The notes below the pieces were generated by a model. The model was not told the DNA's origin, did no database searches, and saw only the letters and a list, made by a program, of their open reading frames with translations. From contig NW_024704742.1 in assembly GCF_018977255.1 (NCBI RefSeq), positions 98,334,001 through 98,398,000 of the forward strand: a stretch of 64,000 nucleotides of DNA, given 5' to 3'. Source of the DNA: Callorhinchus milii (lineage: Eukaryota). The translations under genes were made by a program, and so were the position numbers. Below, piece after piece: positions 23,601 to 35,129 of the stretch (the first letter of the stretch is position 1; every line of letters starts with the position of its first letter).

Positions 23601-25099
23601 TTGAAATTGCCCTCACTTTAAGGCAGCACCACAAATATAGAGACAAATTGAAATCATTGCATTAGAAAAAAGGGTGATCCTAGTGGCACAAGATAACTAT
23701 TTGATAATAATAATCATTCTTGATTATAGAGGCTGATTACATCATTGAAACATCTGAAAGCACTTCACAGAATATATTGTAAAGTGAATTGACTATATAT
23801 TTTATGCGTAGAACTCTCAGTGTATAGAAAGAAATTAAAAATGGCAGAATATGATTAATTAATGTAAAGCACAATTATCTGTTTAGCTACTTGATTATTT
23901 TGGATTAAATATTTTGGTGCATGTCTTGTAAACATTATATGTACAATGACCTTATCAGTTCTTATCAGTGCAATCGTTATCAGACTAATGCCAGAGGCAG
24001 CCCAGTGCTGTTGTTTTGATCACAGCCTATAAGGTCTAATAAAAGTCACCACTGTAATAGCATATTTTATATATCACTGGTGGAGTCTTCATTATTTATT
24101 CTGTTTGTTAATTAAAGCTCTACCTTCATTAAAGTACATGCACTCAGCTTTCACAGTGAAACCAAATATGTTTCTCTCACTTTACTAAAATTTCACACAC
24201 AAGCCTGATGTGTTCTCTAAATAAATCAAAGGCAACTGCACTATACGTCTTTTCAGTGGGAAGTCTAGAATTCTATAAATGAATTAAGGTAATAGGATGT
24301 TGACATTTGCTTACTGAAGTCTATGCTCGTGGCTATAAACCAACAACTTTCATGCACTACTGATGAGGTATATATACATATTTATTTGGATGAATTTGCT
24401 CCTGAGGCAAAATGCTTGGTTTCATTCTGAAACATAAATGGGGATACAACTGCTAAGCCATCATTTCCTCTCGGGACTAACATGCTGCAATATAGAAATG
24501 GCTAACATTTATAGATGGTCAAGTCCATCATTTGTTATTGGCTCTTACATTGACCCAACTGTGTGTGAAGCACCATTAACCTACTGGAAGGTTAGTCCAA
24601 TATGCAGTTTTATGGCTCTTCATTCAAATTAATGTATGTTCTATGTTTTCCACCCAGCAGAAAATCAATGCATTAGTTGCAATCAAACACAAATGAGCTG
24701 CAAAGATTTGGAATTTGCCAATGTTTTGATTGTAGCAGAAAAAAAATGTTAAATTGAATATGCATTGCATTTCTACAGCACTTTATAAGATGAACTGTTT
24801 TAAAACACCAGTGAAAATTTCAACCGCTGCTTGGAGAATTGCCAGCAGCTAAATATTACACAATGGTTGATGAAGAATATACTATGGAAAATAACAATTC
24901 AGTCTGTTTTTTGACAGCAAATGCAAATAAAGCTTGTTAGTACTGTACTATTTCATTTACTGTATTGGAGAAAAAAATAGACCAGTTTCTTCTCTCAGTT
25001 CACGAATGCTGGAGTCTGCATTTCTCTTCACAGTTGGTTGTTCTCCCTGGTTTTGTTCAACATACAGTAATTGCTTTTCAATCACCCACGTCAGTACTC

Positions 25100-25425
25100 C
25101 GAACACGCAATATAGGCTGACATCATTAGAAGTGCCATTCTTTAGATTATATGTTAAGCAAGGTCCCATCTGCCTGCTCAGATCGACATTAAAAGTCCCA
25201 TGGCATTATTCAAAAAAAGAAGAGAGTTTCAACTGGTGTACTGACCACCAATCTCCCAGATTAAATTTGTCATCCATTTCATGACATTGCTGTGCACACA
25301 TTGGCTATCGTGTTCACCTACAAAATACATAGTCACTACACTTTACAGTAAATCCTATAAAGTGGTATGGGACTTCTTGACTATGTGGTAAGGCGTTATA
25401 TCAAATGCAAGGATTGTTATTGTTA
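25100..25425 (+). mobile_element. Deu-domain SINE, decayed
   Basis: 'aggctgacatc', 'gacattaaaagtcccatggcattattc', tail 'ggcgttatatcaaatgcaaggattgttatt'. Confidence 0.7.
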
Positions 25426-26438
25426 CATAACTTTACAATATATAGACACCTTCAGCTCCACAGATCCTGATATATGCAAATATACACACACAGATTCACT
25501 TTTTATTATATAGACAGGGAAAGGAGGATCACTCTCCACCTCACAGTACAAATCATCATTTTTAGCAAAGATGGATAAACTGGCAGAAAACATGTAAAAT
25601 ATTTTTACGCTGCATGTGAAATATAGTTAGTCAATGAGAGTAAAAGTTAATGCTACATAGATAGTGACAAAATAAAAAAGCAGAACCAAAGGTCTTGTTC
25701 ACTTTTTTTTGTCTTGAAAACCATCACATCTTCAGTAAATAAAAGACATCACCAACATTATCTGGGTGCAGTTTAGTATGAAAGTCTCCTGTAAAGTCTT
25801 TTGTTAATCCACTTTGGAAAGAAAATTCAGCAGGTGGTTACTTTAGATACTTGATATTCATGTATGAGAGATATGGATATGGATATGTATGTGTGTCTCC
25901 TCAAATCATTTACTGAGGTTTCTTCTTCTTCAATCTGTATGAATATCGTTATATCCTCCATCACTGCTTTGACTCAGCTAGGAGGAAGCACAGCTCCTGC
26001 CACTTGCTGCTCCCCTGCAAATTATTGAATAAGGCTGCCCACTTTGACTGCCATAGTTGAAGGAGGCCAACTGCCCCTGCTCATGCAGAGCCATTGAGTT
26101 GTTTGTGAGGCAGCAGCCTATTGTCTAGGGCTGATTGAGGGACCCAAAGCTGTTCCAAACACTGTCTGCTTCTCCAAGATGGTCATGCTTGCAGAGATGG
26201 CCAAAATAAAGTGGCATCATGAGAAAAAGCTGTCATATCCAATGGTAGCATCTTGTTCAGCCAACAGGAATACATTCCAGCTTACTCCACAGGTGCATCA
26301 TAAGATATAATTAGCACAAGAGTATTGGTATATCCATATCCAAATGATTACAAATTTATTGAATGAATGCCTGAAGGCGCTCATCAGATACTAGAATTTG
26401 GGTTTATGCATTCAATACAACTCCCAACATATCTACAA

Positions 26439-27118
26439 CAACAACAACAACAAGATTCCATTTATAAAGCGCCTTTCACGTCAGGAGGACGTCCCAAGGC
26501 GCTGCACAGTTGGGTCATGACCCGAGCAGGGGGCAAATGGTCAGGGTGAGGGGAGGGAAGGGAGGGAGCGAGGAGGGGGGAAATGGTCAGGGTGAGGGGA
26601 GGGAAGGGAGGGAGCAAGGAGGGGGGAAATGGTCAGGGTGAGGGGAGGGAAGGGAGGGAGCGAGGAGGGGGAAGAGAGTCGAGAGGGGAGCTGAAGGCAC
26701 GGTCAAAGAGAAAGGTTTTGAGACCGGCCTTGAAGGAGGAAAGGGAGGAGGCGGCGAAGGCACTGGGGGATGGAGTTCCAGAGCCTGGGGGCTGAGAGGC
26801 CGAAGGCCCGACCACCGATGGTAGGGCGGTTGGGGTGTGGGACGTGGAGCAGACCGGAGCCAGAGGAACGGAGGGTACGGGCAGGTAGGTAGGGGGATAG
26901 TAGGTTGGAGAGGTAGGAGGGAGCAAGGCCGTGAATGGCCTTGTAGGTGAGGATGAGGATCTTGAAATCAATCCTCTGGGAGATGGGGAGCCAGTGGAGG
27001 CGAGCGAGGGTGGGAGTGATGTGGTCCCGAAGCCTGGTGCGGGACAGTACACGAGCTGCAGAGTTCTGGATGACCTGCAGCTTGTGGAGGGAGGTGGCTG
27101 GAAGGCCGGCGAGGAGAG
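26439..27118 (-). mobile_element. Young L2 3' fragment with a 3x46-bp VNTR in the 3' UTR and a TSD
   Basis: L2 ORF2 C-terminus (...SFKAGLKTFLFDRAF). Near-identical to 41958-42552. TSD atctacaa at 26431-26438 and 27128-27135. Confidence 0.95.
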
Positions 27119-29139
27119 ATCTACATCATCTACAAACAGAAGATGAATAAGTCCACTATCTATCATTTTCAGGATTTTTTTTAGCTACACCATTGTCAAT
27201 GTTATGCAGCAATTAAACAAAATTAAGTGCTTTATATCTTTTATCTTTGTGCGACTGGGTTTCCAACCCCTAAAGGGTATGTGTCAAAGGCTAGACTGCA
27301 TGTGGGATTTGCCAACGGAACAAATCTATTGTCTGAGAACAACAGGGATAAGATGGTAGTGGCATGTGTATTTGGACGTTTGACCTCAAAGTGACTTCCA
27401 TTTATGGATCTGGGGAAAAAAATGTTCTGCGCTTAAAGGAACATGGTCTACTTTGTATGTTCTTTCCAAATTCACACATCATCACTTTTTAAGATTATTA
27501 TAATTATTGCACTAATTTTTTAGTTAGAGCCAGTGTAACTACTGTACAATAATGTTTGCCTCAACACAGACTAAAGGGATAGAATTTGCATGGTAAAATT
27601 ACACTGGGCTCTAAATTAACAATTTAAAGAAATTATTAAGGTTTTGATGGTGTACCACATTTTTGTGCCCAAAGAACAATGGAATTTTTTATGTTATTAA
27701 AAGTAAACAAGATATTTAACTCCTGAAGGTTCTCCATGTGCTTCTCTGCCATCTGGACGGAAGTATGAGCGCTGTGTAAGTAAGAGATCTAACTTTGGAC
27801 ATATTGTATCTTTATGTGAAACTGCATAAATATGCTGAAAATTGAATAATCTTGTTTTGATGGAAAAATGGCACCTCACTGCCAGCGTGCAGAGCTTTAA
27901 TTGGAACTGTTTCAAGGCAGTTAATTAGTCAATTTTTTGCATGCGCACTCTGTCCCTGAGGGCCCTATGATATGCCATGCATCAAATCAGCATTTCTGAC
28001 ACTCATCAGTTAAAGTGTAGCTGAAGTTGTACAAAGATGCAGCCATTCGGTGCCTCAGAGGTTTCACCGCTGGCTCAGGCAGACGAGGGTTAGCTTTCCT
28101 GGACCTAAGTAGTTTGGGGAATATTTTTCTGTTGTCAGACAAAGTATAACTTCCTTGTCTGGAAGCTGATGAGGAAGGAATCCTTTCGAGGGAGAGGTGA
28201 TTGCTCTAACAAAGCAGCATTCACTGAACTGATACTTAGATCAGTCTGCTGACGTTTTTATTGTCAAATCTTCATCTGGGATCATTGGACAAGTGTATTC
28301 TTAAAACTTTTTTTCTGCCTAACAAAGAGGACTTACAATGAGTAAACAGCATTCAGCGCGTGTCTGCATGATACAGGGATACGAAAAGAAAGAAAGAAAC
28401 TGGCTGGAGATTAGATGTGGAAATCATGTAGACTTCAGTGCTTCAAAGAAAACTTGAAGAAGTTTGTGAAAATGCATTGCAGAGACCTCAGTCGTTCAAG
28501 GGCATTTTTGAATTCTACTGGAAATGCTGAGATGTATCACAAATGCTGAGATTCATCTTGATCACATTATGTTAGACTTTATAGCTTCACTTCTGCATTG
28601 CTGGTTACGTCGCGATCATATGATCTTACCTTACCCTGGGGAATACCAGTGGATGAGCTGATTGCTCACGATGCATTGGCAGCTGTAATCCTGGATCCAG
28701 CTCCATGAGGCTCATGTCAACAAAGGTTTGTACCATAACTTTTTGAATTCAATTTGAAAGGAGAATAGCCTTGATTAATGTACATGGTGGAACCCACTGA
28801 CAATGAGTCATCAGATGACCACCTTGATGAAAGTAAAGCCCCCCCCACCTACCACCCAACCTCTCACACCATCATACTTTGGCATCAATGGAAGAACAGG
28901 CCTCTGAGGGGGTGTACAAAAGGACCAGTCTGCCTCTTCAGGTGGATGTTACGGATCCCACGGCACCATTCATAAAGAGAAAGGGGTTTCTCATGGTATC
29001 CCAGCCAACAATCCTCTGGATAAATTTGGCCATTCACTTCATGGCTGTTTGGGCAAGATTTCTGTGTGCATATTAGTTGTTAAATCTGAATAATAATTTC
29101 ATGGTATTATTATTATAATATTGATAATAATTAATAATA

Positions 29140-29495
29140 TAATAATAATATTATATAATGCCTTTCACATTGGGAAGATATCTCAAAATGCTTTACAAAT
29201 ATACTGTACAGTCACTCATGTTTTATGGGTGAACACGGCAGCCAATTTGTGTGCAGCAAACAGCTATGAAGTGAATGAACAATTTTATTTGGGGGATTTT
29301 ACAGCGAGAAACTCCCTTCTCTTTTCAAATAATGCCATGGGATCTTTATCGTCCAGCTGAACAGGCAAATTGGAGGAATTGGTTTAACATCTCATCTGAA
29401 GGATAGTACCTCCAACAGTGCATTGTAATCTTAATCTATATGAGTTCCAATTTCTAATGGCTTGAACCCACAACCTTCTGACTCAGAGTGAGAGG
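29140..29495 (-). mobile_element. Deu-domain SINE
   Basis: Reverse complement head 'ctctgagtcagaaggttgtgggttcaag', core 'gataaagatcccatggcattatttgaaaagagaagggagtt'. Confidence 0.75.
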
Positions 29496-29689
29496 CAATT
29501 TTTATGGTCAATCAAATCATCACCTCTCCTGTTTTGAACCAAGCTTAGAGATTTGGATTTTTTTTTGTCAGCCGAGTGTCTGACACATGCGGAACCCCAT
29601 CACCATACTTAAGAGTATCCAAACCAAACTGATTTATATACTGCTGTGAAAGCACTGAACACTGGTGAAGTAGAAGAAATGACAGCGGT

Positions 29690-30100
29690 GGTTGGACTGG
29701 CAAAGAGTTGGTAGAAATTCAAAAGCCAATGCCTTAAATGAGTTAAACAAAATTCAGACTCTAGTGGGTCTATTTCAAAAGGATGCTGATCATGATATTA
29801 GATATGATTGTGGATTCTATCAAGGAATAAGTTGTTTACATCAGAAGACATTGGAAGATGGTTGTCCAACACTTAGACAGAATTGTAAAAGGCAATGTTA
29901 TGACAGACAACAGGATGTATTATTTCTTTACAGAGGATAATTGACAATCGGAATAAGTTGGTGCCAGGACTCTGGACTTCTTAAAAAAAAGCTTGATGCT
30001 GCAATGAGAAGATGGTAATGTGGGTAATTCTGAAAGGATAAGATCAAATGGATTGATGGGTATTCTTCATCATCACCCCTCTTGTGATCTTGTGATCATA
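29690..30100 (+). mobile_element. CR1 3' end, decayed
   Basis: 'tttctttacagaggataattgacaatcggaataagttg' (FFTxRVVxxWNxL-like) and a '(cttgtgat)2' tail. Confidence 0.65.
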
Positions 30101-30987
30101 CTAAGCCTTGAGCTAGTGATTTATTGCAGCATGCCAAATCCCGTGATTTTCACAACTTATCAATGTAGCGTGATTTCCCCCATCCCTTGAATCCTCTTGT
30201 GGCATGATTCTTTTTTAATTCCCAAAGTGCGTTAAAAGAATTGTTTCTGGTTCCAGTAGTGGAGTGGCACTCTGATTGAAATCACCTTGCTGTTCTCCCA
30301 CACAGGGATCCCCTGACAGGCTGAGTGATTGCAGCAGATCGCTTGCTAGTCTCTCCTTCCAGCTCTGCAAGTCAGTAAATCCATTGGGACCCTTGTAATG
30401 AAGCACAGCCTCACTCTTAAAATACACTTTCTTTTCCCTAACTTGAATAACAGATTTAAACACATTTTTCTCACTTTTTAAGCAAAATTTTTAATAATTT
30501 TACATTGCTCTATGCCTTTTAGTCATTTCTTGTGTTGAGTACCATACCCCATCTTTTATCTTCTACACTGAAATCCTCAGCAGTAGAACACTCTTGGATA
30601 GTTTCTGGACAAATATTTTCTAGTAGCATAATAATATTAATAATCCTTGGATTTGATACAATGCCTTATCACAGTGTTGAGACATATCAAAACAATTCAC
30701 AGGATATACCGTAAAGTGGTTTGACTGTGTATTTTGTGGGTGAATATGGCATAGCAATATCCACAAACAGCAAAAGCAACACATAACACAAGACAAGCAA
30801 GCACCTGTCCATGTGATTTTCTCCACAAAGTACTCTTTGCTTTTTTTTAAAAATACATTTTGCCGTGACAAATCACCAGCTGAATAATGAAATGGGGTAC
30901 TAGAGATTGCAGTGGACACCTCACTTACAGTCGAGTTGTTGCCTCTCTGATGAATCTTTCCACTTCTCTTATGGGGATAAATAATAA

Positions 30988-31286
30988 ACAATAATCCTTG
31001 CATTTGATATAGTGCTTATCATGTCTTTTAGACGTCTCAAAGCTCTTCACAGAACATGCTGTAAAGTGAACTGACTGCATAATTATGGGTGAAATGGGGC
31101 ATACAGCAGTGTCCCACAAACATTCGTGGATTGAAGCAATCAAATTATTACTGTTTTTTTTTCTTGAGGGATTATTATCAGGCATGTGGAGTAAGGAAAC
31201 TTGCCCAAGGTTTCGCCCTGCCGGGAATCGAACCCAGGTCTCTTGCTTGCGAGGTGAGTGCTCTAACTACTGAGCTACAGGACTCC
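30988..31286 (-). mobile_element. Full-length tRNA-derived SINE
   Basis: Reverse complement head 'gagtcctgtagctcagtagttagagcactcacctcgcaagcaagagacctgggttcgattcccggcaggg'. Confidence 0.93.
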
Positions 31287-32119
31287 ATACAGGGATCTTC
31301 AGTTCAAAACTCTAACAATAACAAATTACATTTGTATAAAGCCTTTCACGTTGAGAAGACATCCCAAGGTGCTGGTCATGCTGTTCACACTAAGATCACA
31401 AGAGAGTATCACATAAAAAAACATTTCATCTCATTCTTTCAGATTACTCACCATCCCCATTAAAGCATCAAGCTCCTTCTTGGATGACTTCAGTTTTCTT
31501 GCCTGAACCACTCTTCCTGGTAATGTGTTCCAGATGTTGATTAAACTCTCTGTAAATAAAAATACTTCCTTGTGTCTGTCCTAAAATTGCCCTTCAAAAC
31601 TCTGATCCTGTTTTGTCTTGTCCTGTTGCTTTGGCATATCTGAGAGCATTGTTCTGTTTTTTACTTTCTATCCAATTTTATACCTCTGTAAGGTCCATTT
31701 TGAGACCACTCTTGTCAAAACTTTTTCCTTTGCTTCAACCAGTTGCTAACTCATGTCCATGTCTCCTGTTTAATACTCAGTGGCATTGGTTTGTAAAGGA
31801 GTCTCAGGTGAGGTGTTTTGTTACAGAACAAAGTCTAACAAAGTTGGAAGTCTCGGTCCTATGTTAATGTTGCAAGAGTTTCTTCTCAATGGAGGAACAT
31901 TTTATAAGGAAAATTTTCAATTGGCATTACTCCCTCCAGTTTACTTACATTTTTGCGATAATTATTGAATGCAGGAATGTCATTATTCTATGGGCCTTTA
32001 TTTGTGATATTTCCTATGAGGTTCTATATTGAAGCCTCCCTTTAGGACATTTGTCAGTTGAGCTCTGGAAGTATTGATTTCATTTTAGATCAGCTGGATG
32101 TCTGCCAAAACTAAAAAAT

Positions 32120-32426
32120 ATTAATCCTTGCATTTAATATAGCGCTTTTCACGTCTTCAAGATGACTCAAAGCGCTTCATAGAATATATTGTAAAGTGAA
32201 TTGACTGTATATTTGTGGGTGAAATGCGGCAGCCAATTGCACACAGCAGTGTCCCACAAACAGTCGTAGTTTGAGTGACCAAATTATTATTATTGTTTTT
32301 TTCTTGAGTCATTATTACCAGGAGTGTGGAATAAGGAATCTTGCCCAAGGTTTTGCCTTGCTGGGAATCAAACCCAGGTCTCTCACTTGCGAGGCGAGTG
32401 CTCTAACCACTGAGCTACAGGATTCC
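32120..32426 (-). mobile_element. Full-length tRNA-derived SINE
   Basis: Same family as 13782, 30988, 40054 and 43173. Confidence 0.93.
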
Positions 32427-34105
32427 ACAGAAAGTCAAAGGCAGAAACCCATCACTATATTTACTACTCTTCTACTGTCTCCTCCTCCTCTGCTCGGCTA
32501 ACTCAGACCTGCCATGCCACTCCAGGCCCTGTCCATGCTGAGGCTTCAACTAATTTGCCCCGAACCTCTGGAATTTCCTACCTCTAGCGTTCCATCTCAA
32601 CCCTCCCAACCACCCCCACCACGAATGGTCTTTAAATCCTGTCTAAAAACTTACCTCTTTGACCCCACCTATAATGATCTCCCCCTTCCCCCCTCTATTG
32701 CTCAGATTCTGATCCCCATCAGTGCACCAAAACTGTGTGAAGGACACTGTATAAATACAACTTGTTGTTTAAAAGAATCAGGGCCTGAGTGGTGAGAATC
32801 CCTATCCCCTCCAAGTCTTGCCGGTGAGGCAGCCTTGCTGGTCTGTCATCAGCAATGCCTTTGAGTACTGCAGATCCACCTGGCTCAGGATCCAGATGGC
32901 AAAGACCACCATAGAAGGTCAACTTGATTCCATTGCCAAGCAGTCCCAAGTAGAACCCCACCTTATCTGCTTGTCTCTTCCCCCAGGAGGATAGTCCTGT
33001 GTCATTTGACATCTGATTATCAGAGGTTTGAGTTCTTGCTGGATAGATAGCAGGTACCAGGAACCCCTTGTGAGTCTCTTGTTGAGCAGCACAATTCAGA
33101 GAGGCAAAGCAAGAGCTCATTGTCAACATCTCCTGCCGATAGCTCAAACACACATCCCTAATCATTGGAAGATTGTTTCACGAATTGGAGTAGTAGAGGT
33201 TGAGCAGCAGTTGCTTGCCTCTTTGCATAGCAACCAAGATGACTGAATATAAGAACATATGTTCACAAACCTGGACTCTAGGTAACTCCTTTGAGATGCT
33301 GTCATCCCAAACCTCAGAGTTTCTTCATCAGCTATTCCACGGTGGGACGACTTTTATGGGACAGGTTGTGCTGTGATAATCACCTTGATATTCCAGAGTC
33401 CAATGGTTTATTCAAGTTAATCCAGGTCCTCACCCGAGGGATTTGGCAAAAACAGACGTGTCTGCCATGTAACTGCCTCTGTCTTCAGGGTGCACAAGGG
33501 TTTTACAAATAGGGTGGAATGTGCTCCCCTATGATCATTATCACTGCACACCCCCAGAAATGGGATATCCCACAATGTGATAATTTTCACAAGTGATATT
33601 TAACGTATCACATACTACAAATTTACCCTTTTCTTTTGCAATGCATTGCAAACAAGCAACAGAGTGATGTAACTTGAGTAATAGACATAAACATGCCACA
33701 ATAATATCATTGCATTTTTGTTTGCAATGAATGAGATAAGTGGCTGATCTATTCACTCTCCCCTGTTTGGGGTAACAAATCTATTGTTTTTGTAGTAAGT
33801 CTTACTATTATAAGCTTTTTGGAGGTTTATATTTAGGTGTTTTTGATAGATTTGTCTAAGTAAAGTAATAAAGCATGAGCATTATCATGTACAGTATAGA
33901 GACTAGAAAGATTGTCGAACTCCTTTTGAATGTGGATTGTTAAGTAAAACTGAATTATCCTCAAAGTGAAACCACCTTAGCAGGCCACTTTGTACATCAC
34001 TGTTTACACATGAATACTGTGCTCTTCCATTCACATGGTAAAAATGCAGCTTAGAGCATGTAAGCCATTCTCAAGTGATTAGGACAAAGCAGGTTAGTAG
34101 AGCGA

Positions 34106-34118
34106 GTTGCTAGGAGAC
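34106..34118 (+). promoter_or_regulatory. RFX X-box motif GTTGCTAGGAGAC
   Basis: Matches the X-box consensus GTTGCY-N(0-3)-GGNRAC and lies in repeat-free sequence with retained CpGs. Confidence 0.55.
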
Positions 34119-35129
34119 CGGTGCACATATTACCACTGACCTTGCAGGCAGCGAATCCATATAGATTTTGTTGGGCTCAGTGGTTCTCGCTCTGCTTTCT
34201 GTCTGCTCCATGCAATGGCAATGCCAGACATGTACCTTCAATATCAGTTCCTCACAAATTTCATCTGATAATCGCCACCATTTCCGAAAGGAATCAAGTT
34301 GAAATCGCCAGCCATGATATAATGACAGTCAATAATGGAAATAGTATGATTCCAGCCTCTTTATTAACTTTCTGCATTGTCTGTGCATTTGCTCAATCAA
34401 GGTATAGTAGTTTAAAATGACATTAGCAATTGAACAACCTATAACTTCTGTCCAATGCTTTTCCTTGAATAGAGGACTTTTTGCAAGAACTTTTCAATGG
34501 ATAGTTCAAGGATGGTTGTAGGTTTACAAATATTGATTGCTAAAGTATAGGTTTCTCATTACAGCACTTAATAATTGAATAACTTGACGATCTGAATTAA
34601 TTGGCAATTACTGCACCATCCACCAGGATTAGTTTGTGTGGATGACGGAATCAAGCACCAAGATTCATCCTGGAGCATATTAATACACACCTCAGAGCTC
34701 AATGCTCCTCTTATTAACACCTGCAAAATGAAATTGCATTGTATGGTGAACTATGTTTTGTAATCCATTTTAATATAATTTTAATTACATTTTCTAATTG
34801 TCAGCATATTACCCATTTAACTGAAAGAGATAGATGCACAATTTAAAACAGTACAATACTGGTTATGGGATAATGAGAAAATTAAGCCTTGTAGAAGTCA
34901 AATTTTAGAACTCATTTATGAATACACAGATAGATTATATTTTCTGAAATACAATGATAGATTATCATTTACAAATAGGTTTTCGATGAGTTATAATTTT
35001 ACAGAAGGTGTTGTTTATTCAATCACATGATAAATCATTTAGCAGTGAATCAAATATGAAGAATACAGAAGATGAGATTGACAGTTCTTATTGAAAGATG
35101 TTCCAATAGAAGTTTGAGGAAACGGAGGA

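Noticed and set aside
26633..27166. Long Pro/Ser-rich ORFs (also 4742-5197, 37713-38390, 38727-39284, 42021-42359)
   Set aside because: These are alternative or antisense frames of C-rich L2 sequence, not host genes.
28167..28195. Hammerhead-like CTGATGA-ggaagg-aat-cctttc-GAGG
   Set aside because: It has GAGG instead of the required GAAA, and no stem I/III or cleavage triplet was found.
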